Origin: Octopus sinensis
Lineage: Eukaryota
Direction: 5' to 3'
Assembly: GCF_006345805.1 (NCBI RefSeq)
Contig: NC_043001.1
Span: 8,866,001-8,930,000, forward strand
DNA: 64,000 nt
The notes under the pieces were generated by a model. It saw only the letters and a program-made list of their open reading frames with translations, ran no database searches and was not told the DNA's origin. A program made the position numbers and the translations under genes. Each line of letters starts with the position of its first letter. Positions within the stretch are counted from its first letter, which is position 1. Of this stretch, positions 1 to 13,689 are shown piece after piece.

Positions 1-212
1 GCCAACAATCGCCCATGCTTACCAGCCTCCCCTCTCCACGCCACTGATGTTATCCAAAGGAAAGGCAAAGGGGCCGATACAGCTTGGCACCTGTGACGTT
101 TCTACAGCTGAGTGAAATGGAGCAACGTGAAATAATGTGTTTTGCTCAAGAACACAACACTCAACCCGTCCGGGACTCGAACTCACAACCTCACGATCGT
201 CAGCTCAACTTT
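1..212 (-). mobile_element. tRNA-derived SINE fragment
   Basis: Minus strand has a B box (gttcgagtcccg) followed by gtgttgtgttcttgagcaaaacac, the central domain shared with 8615-8932 and 26700-27012. Confidence 0.7.
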
Positions 213-574
213 TTAGCCACCTTCACATAGATATAGTTTCGCTATATCTGCGCGTAGGTGTACGTGTATGTGTGCATGTGTGTACATGTGAGTGCATGCG
301 TGCAATGTGACTGCGTGTTTGTGAGAGCGTGTGTGTGTATGTGCGTATGTAAGAAGTAGGTGTCTAGTCGCCAGACTCATTAAATCGTCGGATAGAACGC
401 TTTGCTGTATTTGTTCCGATTCTCTGAACCCTGAATCCAAATTCCATGGACAATTTACCTTTTATCTTATCTGGATCGCTCAATTACCATTCGAGTATTG
501 AAGCAGCTTCTTAATTCTTCTCACTTTCTCTATCTGCTGCCGTCTTTTGAACTCTTCTCTCCGTTTCCTTTCTT

Positions 575-606
<32 letters not shown>

Positions 607-648
607 AATCTATCTATCTGTCATTCTTTCTTTCCCTCTGTTCCTCAC

Positions 649-855
649 TGTAAGAACTCGACTGTGTTCAAATCAAGAGATGGATCAGCTTCGCAACGTA
701 GATAATCCACAAGAGAGGTAATACATCCCGACGAAGCATCTCTGATTCCACTAAGGGTATATACCCCGGGGAATGACGGATAGAATAATTGCTTAAGAGA
801 GTCTGTAACTACAATAAGATTCAATCTAAGCGGAAAATATTTGGACAACATCAAA
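649..855 (-). CDS. GREB1-like exon, 207 nt, phase 2-2
   Basis: tttctag| acceptor and |gtgagg donor. Open frame LMLSKYFPLRLNLIVVTDSLKQLFYPSFPGVYTLSGIRDASSGCITSLVDYLRCEADPSLDLNTVEFL. Confidence 0.8.
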
Positions 856-1794
856 CTAGAAACATGAAGCTTTTAAGCAAAAGTAATAGTCATATAATTT
901 CCAATAAAAATAATCTTCTCTATGATGTTATTTCATTAAAAACACAGAAACTGGTAATTAGATAATGTATATCATTTAATTACCGACTACTGTCAAAAGT
1001 AATAACAACTTTTGATAAAAAGTAAGTTTTTCTCACCCAAATATAAGCATCGTGATTGTTATATATAAAAGCATGTGTACTTTTTCTCGATATCAATTCT
1101 CTGGTGAAAACAATTCGAATGTATAAAGTGGATACGATGTTACCGCTTACATTTACGTAATTAGTGCAAAAGTATTGTAAATATACTTAGGAGTTTCATT
1201 ATGAGTTCTCAAAAATACATAGTAAACAGTTTAGTCTATTTTATATTCGTGTGATCACATGATCGACTAGACTAATATGTGTAGCTATATATCGCTGGTC
1301 ACAATACGCTTTAAGGAAAATGTATAGACGAATGTATATATTTCGGTACGTAGTTTGATTTAATAATACTGCTGCGTTGAGAGTATTTTGTCGAAATATT
1401 GTATTCTAGTAAATATCATATGGCTGCTGAAAATGCGTTATTTATGCAAATTGATACAAAGAGTCTGCGTTAGAATGGATGTTTATCAATACATAAGTAA
1501 GAACATTTCTAAAATAGATAAAACATTGATAAAATTAACCGACTGCTGAAATAGCATTATCTCAGCAAACAGCCAAGCGTGTTATGATAAAAATCGCATG
1601 GGTAGATATAAAACAACGTACGGTACATTATACATTATATTATCGATAACTCAGTGGTTAGAAAATGAAAGAAAGTTATAAAAAAAGTCGAAGCTGAAAT
1701 ATATAAACATAAAATACCACCTGAGTTGTTTACAAAATTAATTTATATTCCTATTGTATTTAATTACATTTAACTATATCTAAGTATATTAATG

Positions 1795-1990
1795 AAGCGA
1801 GTTGACAGAATCATAACCGCAGCGGAAAGACGAATGCATACCGACATTTCTTTCGTCCTTACTGCCGGATTTGATTTTGTGCTTCATCCATTCAGGGTCG
1901 ATAAATTAAATAGAAGTTACGCACTGGGGTCGATATAAAATACTTCGGCACTTCCCGAAATAGTTGGTCTTGTGTCAAAAGTTGAAACCA
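1795..1990 (+). mobile_element. SINE family A, degenerate
   Basis: Contains the cttcatcc...ggtcgataaa...gttacgcactggggtcgat core. Confidence 0.6.
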
Positions 1991-2088
1991 ATAAGTTACG
2001 GGGACGTAAACACATCACCATCAGTTGTCAAGCGATGAGGGGGGGACACACAAACATTTACATACACATACATGCATACATATACATG

Positions 2089-2142
<54 letters not shown>

Positions 2143-2305
2143 ATGACGGGCTTCTTTCAGCTTCCGTCTACCTAATCCACTCACAAGGCTTTGGTCGGCC
2201 CGAGGTTATAGTAGAAACACTTGCCCAAGATGCCATCCAGTGGGAATGAACCGAGAACCATGTGGTTGGTAAGCAAGCTACTTACCACATAGTCACTCCT
2301 GCGCA
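1991..2305 (-). mobile_element. SINE family C (tRNA head, ttgggcaagtgtc domain, internal TA/CA microsatellite)
   Basis: Motif gacgggcttctttcag..ccgtctac..aatccactcacaaggc is shared by several copies in the window. Confidence 0.8.
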
Positions 2306-3345
2306 GAACAAACATGTCCACGCAGTATCTGTGAGGGCAAGACTGAAGCTAGTCCGATTGATTCAATTTTTTCTTTATTTCTATATAGAGAGTTTGCGTA
2401 AAAATATGGTGTTTATATATGATTTTAAAATAAAGTATTAGCTGAAATTTATTGACGTGTGTCGTAATCTCGAGCATTAATTGTGTAACTCTGTGAAATT
2501 ATCATTTGCAAGGACGGATGATTGGAAGTGACCATAACACACACGAATATAAGACTAATCGTTTACAAACCAGATGACTTAATATCAGGTGCTTCGCATA
2601 TGAAACCATGTATGGTTACTCATCTTTACATAATATATACGCAACCTGATGAATGCATCAGCTAATAAAGATATATTTTATAGAATATCCAGTCTCCTAC
2701 AATACGGTCAAAACAGCAATTAACATATTCTTTTGATAGACAGCGTACGCTTCTATGCGACACAAATAGCTAACTTATTATAATTTTACTGCAGCTTAAA
2801 AGTATTATTGGCGTTCGTAAAACCATAATTTGCATTCGTATTTTATATTTATTATATTTTAATGATCATAAAAATTATATGACCCACAGTTATAAAATCC
2901 GAAGCTAGAAGAAGTGACAATTCAGCTGACTAGCCTATTTCAATAAATCGACTGAATCTAATCATGTTTTATTAAATATCTTCTAAAATACTGGAATTTA
3001 TAACCAAGTAATTTGAAAAGCAATCTTATAAATGGATATAGGAATAGGCATTTTCTTTTTTCTAATTTCAAATAATTTCATATTCATATTTATTTCGTCA
3101 TGTGGATTATATATATATTTTTTCTTTAAGTATTGCTTTAGAAATCTTTTTTTCCTTTCATTTATTTTCATGATTTTTATAAAAATAAAATCTGAAGTTA
3201 CTATTGTGTGCGTGTATATATATACATACATACATGCATGCATATATACATGCATATATATATATATATATACATGCATGCACATATTTATATACACGTA
3301 GATACATATATATGTAAAAATATAAATATACACTTGTATGCATAG

Positions 3346-3382
<37 letters not shown>

Positions 3383-3869
3383 AGTATATATATATACATA
3401 TATATACATATATAAATATACATATATATATACATATATACACACATATTAGATATTTCATATATACATGCATATATATATATGAATACACACACACGTA
3501 TATATATATACATATGTATGTATGTATGCATATATGTATGTATGTATGTATGTACGTGTGTATGCATGCAAGTATGTATGAGAGTAAACTTTCAGTCGAT
3601 TCATAAGATAAATCATATTCTACGCTCATAATAATATACACCTTTATATATCCCTCATAAATTGTAGTGCAACAATTGTGTGACGTATATGGTTTATTTT
3701 GATAGTTTAGTGATGGTTATAATATATTCACACTATTTAAAATTCAAATTATGTACTTTGGCTTAGTAAGGTGAAATTTTAAATGGCAAGGTACCATAAA
3801 ATACTGCTTAAAAATTTTCTTTTTGATATTATTTTGTGCGTAAGACCTATGACCTTGATTATATTTCTT

Positions 3870-4222
3870 GCTCGTATAGTAAGAATTTTACCTCCCATTT
3901 ATATGGTTCCGGGTTCAAACCCACCGCGTGGCACTTTGGGCAACAGTCTTCTACTCTAGCCTCTGGCCGACCAAAGCCTTGTGAGTTGATTTGTTTGACG
4001 GAAACTGAAAAGAAGCCGGCGTGTGTGTTTGTCCTGACTGCCACTTGAGAACTGGTGTTCGTTTGTTTAAATTAGACGTTCGGCAAAAGAGACAGATATA
4101 AAAAGCACCAGTTTTAAAAACATAATAATTAGTGATGTCCAATCATTCGACAAAACATTCTTCACGGCGGTGCTTCAGCATGGCCACAGTAAAATGACTG
4201 ACCAAATAAAAGATAAAGAATT
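3870..4222 (+). mobile_element. SINE family C
   Basis: gggttcaaaccc B box, ttgggcaa, gccttgtgagt and the cagcatggcc tail. Confidence 0.75.
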
Positions 4223-4349
4223 AAAATATACACATCAATATCATTCAACTTTTTAAAAAATTCCTTGAATAAACCTGACACACCGGGTATACTTACAACT
4301 TCCCTATAACTCTGGGCCATTTTTTGCTTAATTCACTTACATTAAATTA

Positions 4350-4610
4350 TTCACTCGGCGGATCGCGGGTTCGAATCTCAGACCGGGCGATGTGTGATTA
4401 TGAACGATACACCTAAGCTCCACTCAGCCCCGGCCAAAGGTAATGGCGAACTTTTGCTGACACTTTCGCCACAACTTTCTCTCACCCTTTCCTCCTGCAT
4501 CTAGCAGCTCACCTGCGACCGGTCCAGGTGGGGAACCTATACGCCAATGAAACTGGGAAACCAGCCCTTATGAAACATGCATGGCTCGAGAAGGAACAAA
4601 CAGCAACAAC
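4350..4610 (+). mobile_element. SINE family B variant with alternative tail
   Basis: ggttcgaatctcagaccgggcg..cacctaagctccac..caactttctctcac, matching 55476-55850 in the 5' half only. Confidence 0.7.
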
Positions 4611-4779
4611 TTTCTTGAGAAAAACAAATACTTGTCAAATTGTTTCCCGAATTTAGTGTCCCCTATAATCAAAATTCATAAGTGAAAATCTGTGGAGGAG
4701 GAGGCGCATCTTCAATAGACGCAAAATCATCGACAACTTCCCAACGAAAAAAAATCACACTCCGTCGGTTTCCTCGTGC

Positions 4780-5060
4780 AATGAACGTGCAAGGTACCGA
4801 AAAATACTGCTCACAAAATAAACATGCAAGTGGTTGAATGCTCAACACACACGCCTACCCTTAACGTAGTTCTCAGGAAGATTCAGCATGGCGCAGGACG
4901 TGACAATTGTGGCCCTTTGAAAAACAGATACTATTCATTTTAAAAAGCTGATTGGAGAGTAATGACGTGAAATGAAGAGTCCTACTCAAGGTCACAATGT
5001 ACTCTCGGCTATCGAACTCACGATTGTGTGCCGAATATCGTAAGCACTAAGCCACGCGAC
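4780..5060 (-). mobile_element. tRNA SINE with family-B tail
   Basis: cccttaacgtagttctc tail motif; head ends gcactaagccacgcg. Confidence 0.65.
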
Positions 5061-5363
5061 CCCTGAGAACTACGTTAAGGGTGGGCGTGTGTGTTGAGCG
5101 TTCAACTTGCACGTTCGTTTCGCGAGAATTATTTTTCGGTACCTTGCACGTTCATTTCATTACTGTGGCCATGCTGAAGCACCACCCTGAAGAATGTTTT
5201 GTCGAATGAGTAGACATCACTAATTATTATATTTTTAGAACTGGCACTTTTTTATATCTGTCTCTTTATCTTCCGGTATATAATTCTATCTCCTGTAGTA
5301 TATGCTTCATGACTAGTTAATTAAAGCAGTCCTGTATTATCATTGTATTGCTGATAACCTATT

Positions 5364-5591
5364 TCTTTACTACCCACAAGGGGCTAAACACAGAGAGGAC
5401 AAACAAGGACAGACAAACCGATTAAGTGGATTCTATCGACCCTAGTGCGTAACTGGTACTTATTTAATCAACCTCGAAAGGATGAAAGGCAGAGTCGACC
5501 TCGGCGGAATTGGAACTCAGAACGTAACGGCAGACGAAATACTAATAAGCATTTCGCCCTTGTGCTAACGATTCTGCCAGCTCGCCGCCCT
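5364..5591 (-). mobile_element. SINE family A, full length with 18-bp TSD
   Basis: TSD tattgctgataacctatt at about 5346 and 5592. Confidence 0.9.
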
Positions 5592-5904
5592 TATTGCTGA
5601 TAACCTATTGCAAGGACAATTTCAGTCCTCAGCTGTATGTCACGGTTTAAGTTATTCCCAGAATCTGTTCTCTAAGATGCATGAGGAAGTCTACACAGCG
5701 ATTTAAAAACCAGAGAAAATATCTTCTCTGCCCCAGTGCTATGGTCAGCAGACTAAACTTAACCATCTCCACCCCTCACTAACTCACTAATCATGTAACA
5801 TACTCCACGAAGACCACAAACCAAACTTATTGATTCGGATGCATCTTCTGTACTAGAATCATTAATCTCTACTAATCTGTCCTCATAAGTTCTTGCATTA
5901 GTTT

Positions 5905-6286
5905 GCTTGTTTCAATTAAATCGTGGCCATGCTGGGGCACCTCCTTGGAACATTTTATTCGAGCATATCGACGCTAGTATTTGTTTTCTTTAAGCCTAGT
6001 CTTTATCCTATCCGTTGCTTTTGCCGTGAGGTTACGGGGACGTAAACACACCGACAGCTGTTGTCAAGTGGCCAAGAAGGGAAAATACGACACAAAACTA
6101 CACACGCACACATATATATTCTCGACGGGTTTCTTTCAGTTTCCTTCTACTGAATCCTCTCAGAAATCTTTGGTCAGCTCAAGGCTGTAGCAGAAGACAC
6201 TTGCCCAATATGTTACTCAGCTGGACTGAAACCGGAACCACTTGGTTGTGAAATAAAACGCGTACTACACGGTCACGCCTTCGCAT
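5905..6286 (-). mobile_element. SINE family C
   Basis: Same motifs as 1991-2305. Confidence 0.75.
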
Positions 6287-6775
6287 GTGAAAAAGTGCTA
6301 GATTTACTCCGGTTCGAATTGGGAATTTCGCTATTCTTGTAAATATTTATAATTCTCGTCCTACAATGAGTTTGCTTATATCAGCTTGGCGTATCACTGA
6401 ATACATAATTTTCACAAATTAATACACAAATCAAACATGTCAGTAGTTACATCCTCCTAACGATCGCTTAGAATATAACATTGACGCTATTCAGAGCACC
6501 ATTCACGAGTCGATATCCTTATTAACTTGTATCAACGACTTACACCTTGGCTATTCAACACGAACGCATAAACACGATCTTATCAAACAATTGATAGGTT
6601 ATTAGTCAGCATATTGTTCGACACTATCTTATAAACATTCAGTCATTCAAGTACATCAGCTGGGTGGAGATGAGCCAGTATCATCGTATCTATTCTAGCG
6701 ATCAAATGTGCGTCAGCTGAGATACACCAGCGATAGATATTTTTCTGTTGTAACACATTATCTAACAACACTTAC

Positions 6776-6802
6776 AGAATTAAAGACCACATCTCCGTAT
6801 CC
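6776..6802 (-). CDS. GREB1-like 27-nt microexon (DTEMWSLI)
   Basis: aatttag| acceptor and |gtaagt donor, phase 2-2. Joins the 6865-6923 and 649-855 exons in frame. Confidence 0.75.
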
Positions 6803-6864
6803 CTAAATTTAAACAATATATTGCTGTATTATAAATGTATTCCCAATCGATGAATAGAGCTTAC

Positions 6865-6923
6865 AGAACCGAAACAAAGTTACCCTTGATTAACAATTCG
6901 GAAGAACATAATTCTAACAACAC
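6865..6923 (-). CDS. GREB1-like exon (VLLELCSSELLIKGNFVSVL)
   Basis: ttcgcag| acceptor and |gtaagc donor, phase 0-2. A 62-nt intron separates it from the microexon. Confidence 0.78.
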
Positions 6924-7084
6924 CTGCGAAATGACTTGGTGAAACAAATACGTTTGTGCAGCCAACATAGAACAGCAAAGTGTTCTGCTAGAGACTTTAA
7001 TATTCTCTTCCTCCGTTCCATAGCAAAACTATTTCTTTCCTTAAAATATTTCACTTTCCATATAATTTACGAATCTCTTTTTTT

Positions 7085-7265
7085 TTATCTTTTACTTGTT
7101 TCAGTCATTGGACTGTGGCCATGCTGGAGCACCACCTTGAAGGGTTTTAGTGGAACAAATCAATCCCAGTATATCTTTTATCTTTTACTTGATTCAGACA
7201 TTGGACTGTGGCCATGCTGGGGCACCATCTTGAAGGGCTTTAGTTGAACAAATCAATCCCAGAAT
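7085..7265 (-). repeat. Tandem pair of SINE family C tails (about 90 bp x2)
   Basis: ttggactgtggccatgctgg..caccaccttgaaggg..aacaaatcaatcccag occurs twice. Confidence 0.8.
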
Positions 7266-7758
7266 GCTGATTATGTTTTTATTTTCTTTAATTGTAGTTT
7301 CACGAGAAACGGTTGGGCAGGATTTCCAGGTCCTCTGATTAATCACTGGCAGTGCAGAATTCACGTTGTAGCACCTGTTCTATCAACATGGCACCAAACG
7401 TATGTACACTGCATATATGTGTGTGTGTGTGTGTATGTGATTCCGCATGTGTGTATGTTTATATAGTTTTATATAAAGGTTTATATACGTATACATGCAT
7501 ATATACACGCCTGTCACATCCTGGGACCTTGTAGACTGCTATAACGCATGAATGTATACTAGTCCGTTAATATTTTATATTCAACATTTCATCTATTCAA
7601 TAAGACAATCAGTACTTCATTTCATTTTACTATATATATATATATATATATTATTTATACTATATATTCTATATTCTACAGTAATATTATATAGAATATA
7701 AATAAATTTCTTTGAATAATATATTATAAATATATGTATATATATACATATATATAGA

Positions 7759-7879
<121 letters not shown>

Positions 7880-8614
7880 ACATATCTATACGCATACATA
7901 TTTATATATAGTTGGAATTTACAAAAAAACAACAACAGACGATGTAATAGTTTAGCACTCGGGAAGTCGAGAAAGTCTTTTACATTTCGACCCTACGCCC
8001 TCCAACAGAAAGTAACACAAACACTATATATGTATATATTTATGTACAAGAGTGTATATGCAAATGTACCTCTGTATGTATAGTCTTTGAGAACGTGAAG
8101 AATGTTCTTTTTGGTATGGTGTTTCTCGAAGTAAATATCACTGTACATAATCGCATGTGAATATCGTGTTGATAACACATCAGAGAGGAAACGTTTTTTG
8201 TAAACATGACAGGCGTTCTAACAATGAACCAAAGCATGAACGTTCAAGTCCCACGGTATGTTATCGATTCTTTTCTAACCAAAGATCTTGATAACATGAA
8301 CGCATGCACATTGTTTTCGGCGGTACAGCATTAACATTACTTGTTATTTTCAAGAGGTTTATCTGCTCAGATTTCAAGTGCGTGTAGGTAATTACTAAAG
8401 CACTTTTCAAGATGTGTTTCTTGGATAAAGGTTGATTTGAGAGTCATTCACAAAAGTAAATATAAAAAAATATTTGAATTCATTTCGAAATTCGTTGCGA
8501 TGCAAACGCTTAAAATATTAGGTAGAAATGTTCAAGGGAGAGGTACTTTTCTTATAAGCTCTGTGCAGACCTTTCACAAACACCCTATGCCCTATCCTTT
8601 ACTTGTGCAAAGGT

Positions 8615-8932
8615 GTGTGACTTCGGGATTAAGGTTTTCGGCTGACGGTCGAAAGATCGTAGATTCGATTCCTAACGGCGCGTTGTGTCCTTAAGCAAGA
8701 CACTTTATCTCACGTTGCTCCAGCTCACTCAGCTGGCAAAATTGAGTGGTCTCTCAGCATTTCAAAGTACCAACTATGTCACACTGTGTGTCACGCTGAA
8801 TCTCCCCGAGAACTGGCTTAAGAATACGCGTATCTGTAGAGTACTCAGTCACATGTACGTAAATTTCACAGTGAGGTTGTTCCACTAATCGAATCAACTG
8901 GAACTCGCATTGCTTCAACCGACGGAATGCCA
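8615..8932 (+). mobile_element. tRNA SINE (ttgtgtccttaagcaagacac domain plus family-B tail)
   Basis: B box ttcgattcc, central domain and tail all recur elsewhere in the window. Confidence 0.75.
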
Positions 8933-9590
8933 GTTTTATATTCTCTCCTATAATGCAAAGAACAGATTGTATTTTGAATAATATATATTCCACAACCAGT
9001 GACATTTGTGTACCCAATTGCAGTGATACTGAAAGTTTCGATCTGAACTGTATAAGACAGTTAGATAAAGATGATCAAATGTTGGAGGAAAACATGACAA
9101 ATTAGAAATATATTTTATGTATAGCGTTTGCAATGAACTCTTATAAATGTATGATTAATTTATACAGCCATATGTGATGAAATTGCATATAATATTAGTT
9201 TTGGTACAGATCTGGTACTTGGCAGAAATTCATGTATTAAAAGAAGAATGAAAACGAAGCGGTAATGTGTCACTGATGAAATTAGAATGATCTCGAGGGA
9301 CATAATTGAAATGATTTTTGGTATATTAGAAATGCAATGCACCTTTTCGTCTCGGGTTTGTGAGAACTCTAACGTTGCTTCACGCCTTTTGCTATGAACT
9401 TGTTTATTTTATTCTCCAGGTAACTTTGCTAAATGGATTGCATGCAGTGTCGTATAACAGGAAGTAAGTTCACTGGTATTAAAATCAGCGGTGAGGTTTC
9501 CATCTACAGTGGAAACCGTCGTAGATTGATATAGAAACATTCGACTGCTTTCTTTGAACTTCGAAATATTTGTTTTTAGTTTAATCTATT

Positions 9591-10465
9591 TACAGGGTGT
9601 TCGCGATAAATTTGACGACTTTTTCACGCCTCCTTTTTTTCTGGAACAGTTTTATGCATTGGTGAAAAGTCAACGACGCTGGAGCGCATAAGGATTACAT
9701 TGTAGTTGAGAGACAGTTAGCTGACATGGAAAACTGAATGTTATATTAATAGAGGAAAAGTGTTACTTGTATCATGATGATTCGTGCCGGGTATCAAGAT
9801 GCCGATATCATGACTGCTGTTAAATTCTCTATAAACACTGGAAGGCCTGTAGGACGTGAAATGGGCATCATGAAATCTAAGTTCCCCAAGATTGTGATGG
9901 TATTTGTGTCATGCTCCCCAACGCCTTTGAACGCCTTTAAGCTCAGTTCAAACGGCTACGCAATGTTACTGGAGATCGTGGTCAAATCTTGATTTATGTG
10001 TTCGTCGCTTGACAGTCATATGTGTGGCAGTAGGTTTCGGCTCCTTGCCATACCCCCGAAAAGAGTTCGAAGGTGTTGTCGGGAGATCTCTACGACTTCC
10101 AGGGCCACAGCTTCTGAGTTCCTGATTATTACGATTGTAATCCTGTGGATTACTCTGTGGGGCGCGGTTGAGAAAGACACCAACCGCTCGGCCTTCAACA
10201 TCAAGCCGAGACGGAGATGTTCCGAGATCTTCCCAAGGACACCGTCACAAGTGCATGCGTCAGGCTCAGGATCAACCTCGATGCTGCGGTGGGAGGTGAG
10301 GTCGGCTCCCTTGAGTAAACTGCTTTCTCCCACCGATAATCTAGTTGCACTTTTCAAAATTGTTTAAATGCTTTATTCTTAGACGCAATATTTCCTGGCA
10401 TTTACTACATTTCTTTCATCATCTATAAATTTGCGAGTCAGATGATACGGCCTCTATCTTTGTCC
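9591..10465 (+). mobile_element. Degenerate Tc1/mariner-superfamily DNA transposon (maT/DD37D-like)
   Basis: Starts TA-CAGGGTG. Transposase remnants KFPKIVMV, YVWQ*xSAPCHT and DCNPVDYxxWGAVEKDTN (SPDLNPLDY-type third Asp). Confidence 0.7.
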
Positions 10466-10859
10466 TTTCAAAAAAGGGCAAATATCTGAAATTCTGACTT
10501 CTTAACACCTTGTGGCTTATGATGCTTTGTATTATAAATATTTCATCCATCACTCAGATTGAATGACCAACCGAATACGGTCAGTTTGGATTGTGAAAAC
10601 TCTCTTTGCATTCTAAGTATTTCTTTGCATTTTAAGTATTTCTTATCAATTATTTTTAATTTTATCAATAAATCTGTCCTCACAATGAAATTTCCGTAGT
10701 AATTTTTTTATTTTTAAGTTTATGTATTTGCTATGCGAGATTCTCGGCGAGAAACCCTGCGTTGAAGAAAGAAATATTGCTATACGTGGGGATGGCCACC
10801 TCTAGCCTATTAAATACTCATTCCATTTTATCTTCACACTATTATTTTTATTATTATTA

Positions 10860-10953
<94 letters not shown>

Positions 10954-11414
10954 GAGTGAGAGAGCAGTGCATGCCATCAAAGTGACACTGGGGTAAAATA
11001 TACGAAGCCCAATATACCCATCATGACTACCCGTCTGATAAGGGTACACCAGGCACATGCATCACAACCATATGTGCGCGACATGGTGATCTCATATCAA
11101 GATAAACAGCACATGACCTTGCAGGTGGGGCCCAGTTAGAATTTTCTTCAGGTCGAGTAACCCATCCCGCTCAAAAGGTCCCTGAATAAGGGTTGTTTAA
11201 GGATGTTGAACGAAACACCCATGTTTCCAGAGGTGAATTATTCAAACCCCAAAGAATCCCTCTCAACACATGTCTATGATGCTCCCCCACTACTTCTGCT
11301 CGTGATCAGAGATGTACATATCGTCAGCCACTAAGGGACATGCTCAACTGGTTAAGGTCAAACAACTGACAAGCAAATCTGTGGTATTGAGCAGAATATT
11401 TGCTGTAGCCCATC

Positions 11415-11418
<4 letters not shown>
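10954..11418. mobile_element. Non-coding interspersed element D inside (ATT)n
   Basis: Flanked by (ATT)n on both sides. Partial copies at 14660-14757 and 34238-34430 start at the same gagtgagag end next to (ATT)n. Confidence 0.8.
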
Positions 11419-11477
<59 letters not shown>

Positions 11478-12352
11478 CATTATTATTATCATTAATTTAT
11501 TCTTCAGCGTTCTTTTTCAATCATTTTGTGACCTTTTCAGCGACTTCCTGTCCCTCGTGTCTCCTGCGTAGTGTATGTGTGTTTAATTGGGGAAAATACT
11601 ACCATCACCAGATATAACAACATCTGTGGAGATTTCTTATATAAATTAATTATATGCATGGTGAATAGCGGGAATCTAAGCGATAAGTTACATGCGCATT
11701 TTTTTTACGCTTCTCCGTCGAATTCTTGTTGTTTCGACACAAGAAAAATATTTTCTCATTTACAAAGTATATTTGTTCACAAAATCCTCGATTCGTTATC
11801 ACATGCACCTCGCTTAGCATATTCAGGTTCGAATCTTCCGGAATATTTTAACAACAACCATGCAAGATTTCATTACTTAAACTGAAAAAAGTATATTTCA
11901 CAGATGTGCTTCCGTAGAATTTCACACTTTACGTTTCCTCTAAAACATTTTCAGATGTTTCAATACATTTCCTCATTTGCACTGAACCACATTGCAATCA
12001 AGATTTGTAGCAGCAGAAATTAAACAAAAATAAGCTACTTTGATAGCGAATTTTATTTCACATATTCAAAAGGCTATCTTCTCTCCCTTCTCAATACTTG
12101 AATTAATACTCCACAATTTCGAATTTATCAAGTGTGAATTGAAAAGCATCCACAAGTACAATTATACAACTTAAGCATACACGATGATAATTTATATGAA
12201 TATAGATTTGTATATATATGAACCGGTGTATGTGTGACTATGGGTGAATTTGTGTACATACAAACACACATAAACACGCATATGCATGTGCGAGTATATG
12301 TGTGTTTTTGTGTCTATGTATGTATGTGCGAGGTGTTATGATGGTGTAGATA

Positions 12353-12624
12353 ATTTTGTGTATATATGTATAAATATATATTTATATATATACGTATACT
12401 TATCTACACCCCCGTAACATATATATATACATATATATATGTGTGTGTATATATATATAAATATGTATATATGTGTATATATATATATGTATATATATAT
12501 ACACATATATACATATTTATATATATATACACACACATATATATATGTATATATATATGTTACGGGGGTGTAGATAAGTATACGTATATATATAAATATA
12601 TATTTATACATATATACACAAAAT
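12353..12624. repeat. Near-perfect 272-bp palindrome
   Basis: The ORF track gives nearly identical peptides from both strands. Unique marker ttatctacacccccgtaac / gttacgggggtgtagataa. Confidence 0.9.
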
Positions 12625-12650
12625 GACGTATATATATATATACATATATG

Positions 12651-12742
<92 letters not shown>

Positions 12743-13689
12743 GGTATGTATATATATATATATATGTATATATATATACATATATATAACTCGATATACA
12801 TACTTAAGTGTGATGTAAGTGTAATATGCACATATGTACGCATATGTAAAATATGATGTTTAGTTTTGTACAGACATACACACGCGCTCACTTTTACGCA
12901 CACCTTTATACAGACATACAGACATATGCATATATACATATATACATACATATATATATACACACACACACACATATATACATATATATGATTTTAAACA
13001 CTTTTCTATTCCATCATCAACATCAGTGTTTTCTTAACCGTCTTTAATTAAGCAGAATAATTGTTCGCGTTTCATGCCGCATTTTAATCAGGAATATACG
13101 CAGACAAGTAAATTAGCTAGTTGAAATATGAATATTGATTTTACATTCATTGGGGTATATTTAAATATTATCTACATTTCTATAAAATAATTGCTACTTA
13201 TGAATCCATAATGTGTGATAATTTGTCAAAGAAACACTAATGAGTTACTATGTACGGCATCCATCTTGTAAGCCATTTATAAAAGAGAATACAGCCGTTG
13301 GTGGTTTTCCTATACTGAATTTAAAAGCCACAGATTATCAAGATTATAGACCAATAGAGAAGAAGATCAGCAGTGTAGTTTGACGTTCTCTTCCAATCAT
13401 CGTTGCCTCTGTTCTCTTCACATCAAATAAATTTAACCCTCAACGTAAACTAATCTTATTTGCTGTGAAGTATAATATTGCCAAGGCGCGCGCTGTGATG
13501 GTTAGAAGTATTGAACACGTGATCGCAGGATCGGGGTTTTGTTGTGCCCTTAAGGAAAATATTTCATTTCATTCAGATTTTAATAACTACCCTTGCGTCG
13601 AACTGGTGCCCCGTTCACTATTTGAGTTTTAATTTCGATCTTATATACGTCATGCAGACCTCTCAAATAGCCCCGTCGGCCCATCATCA

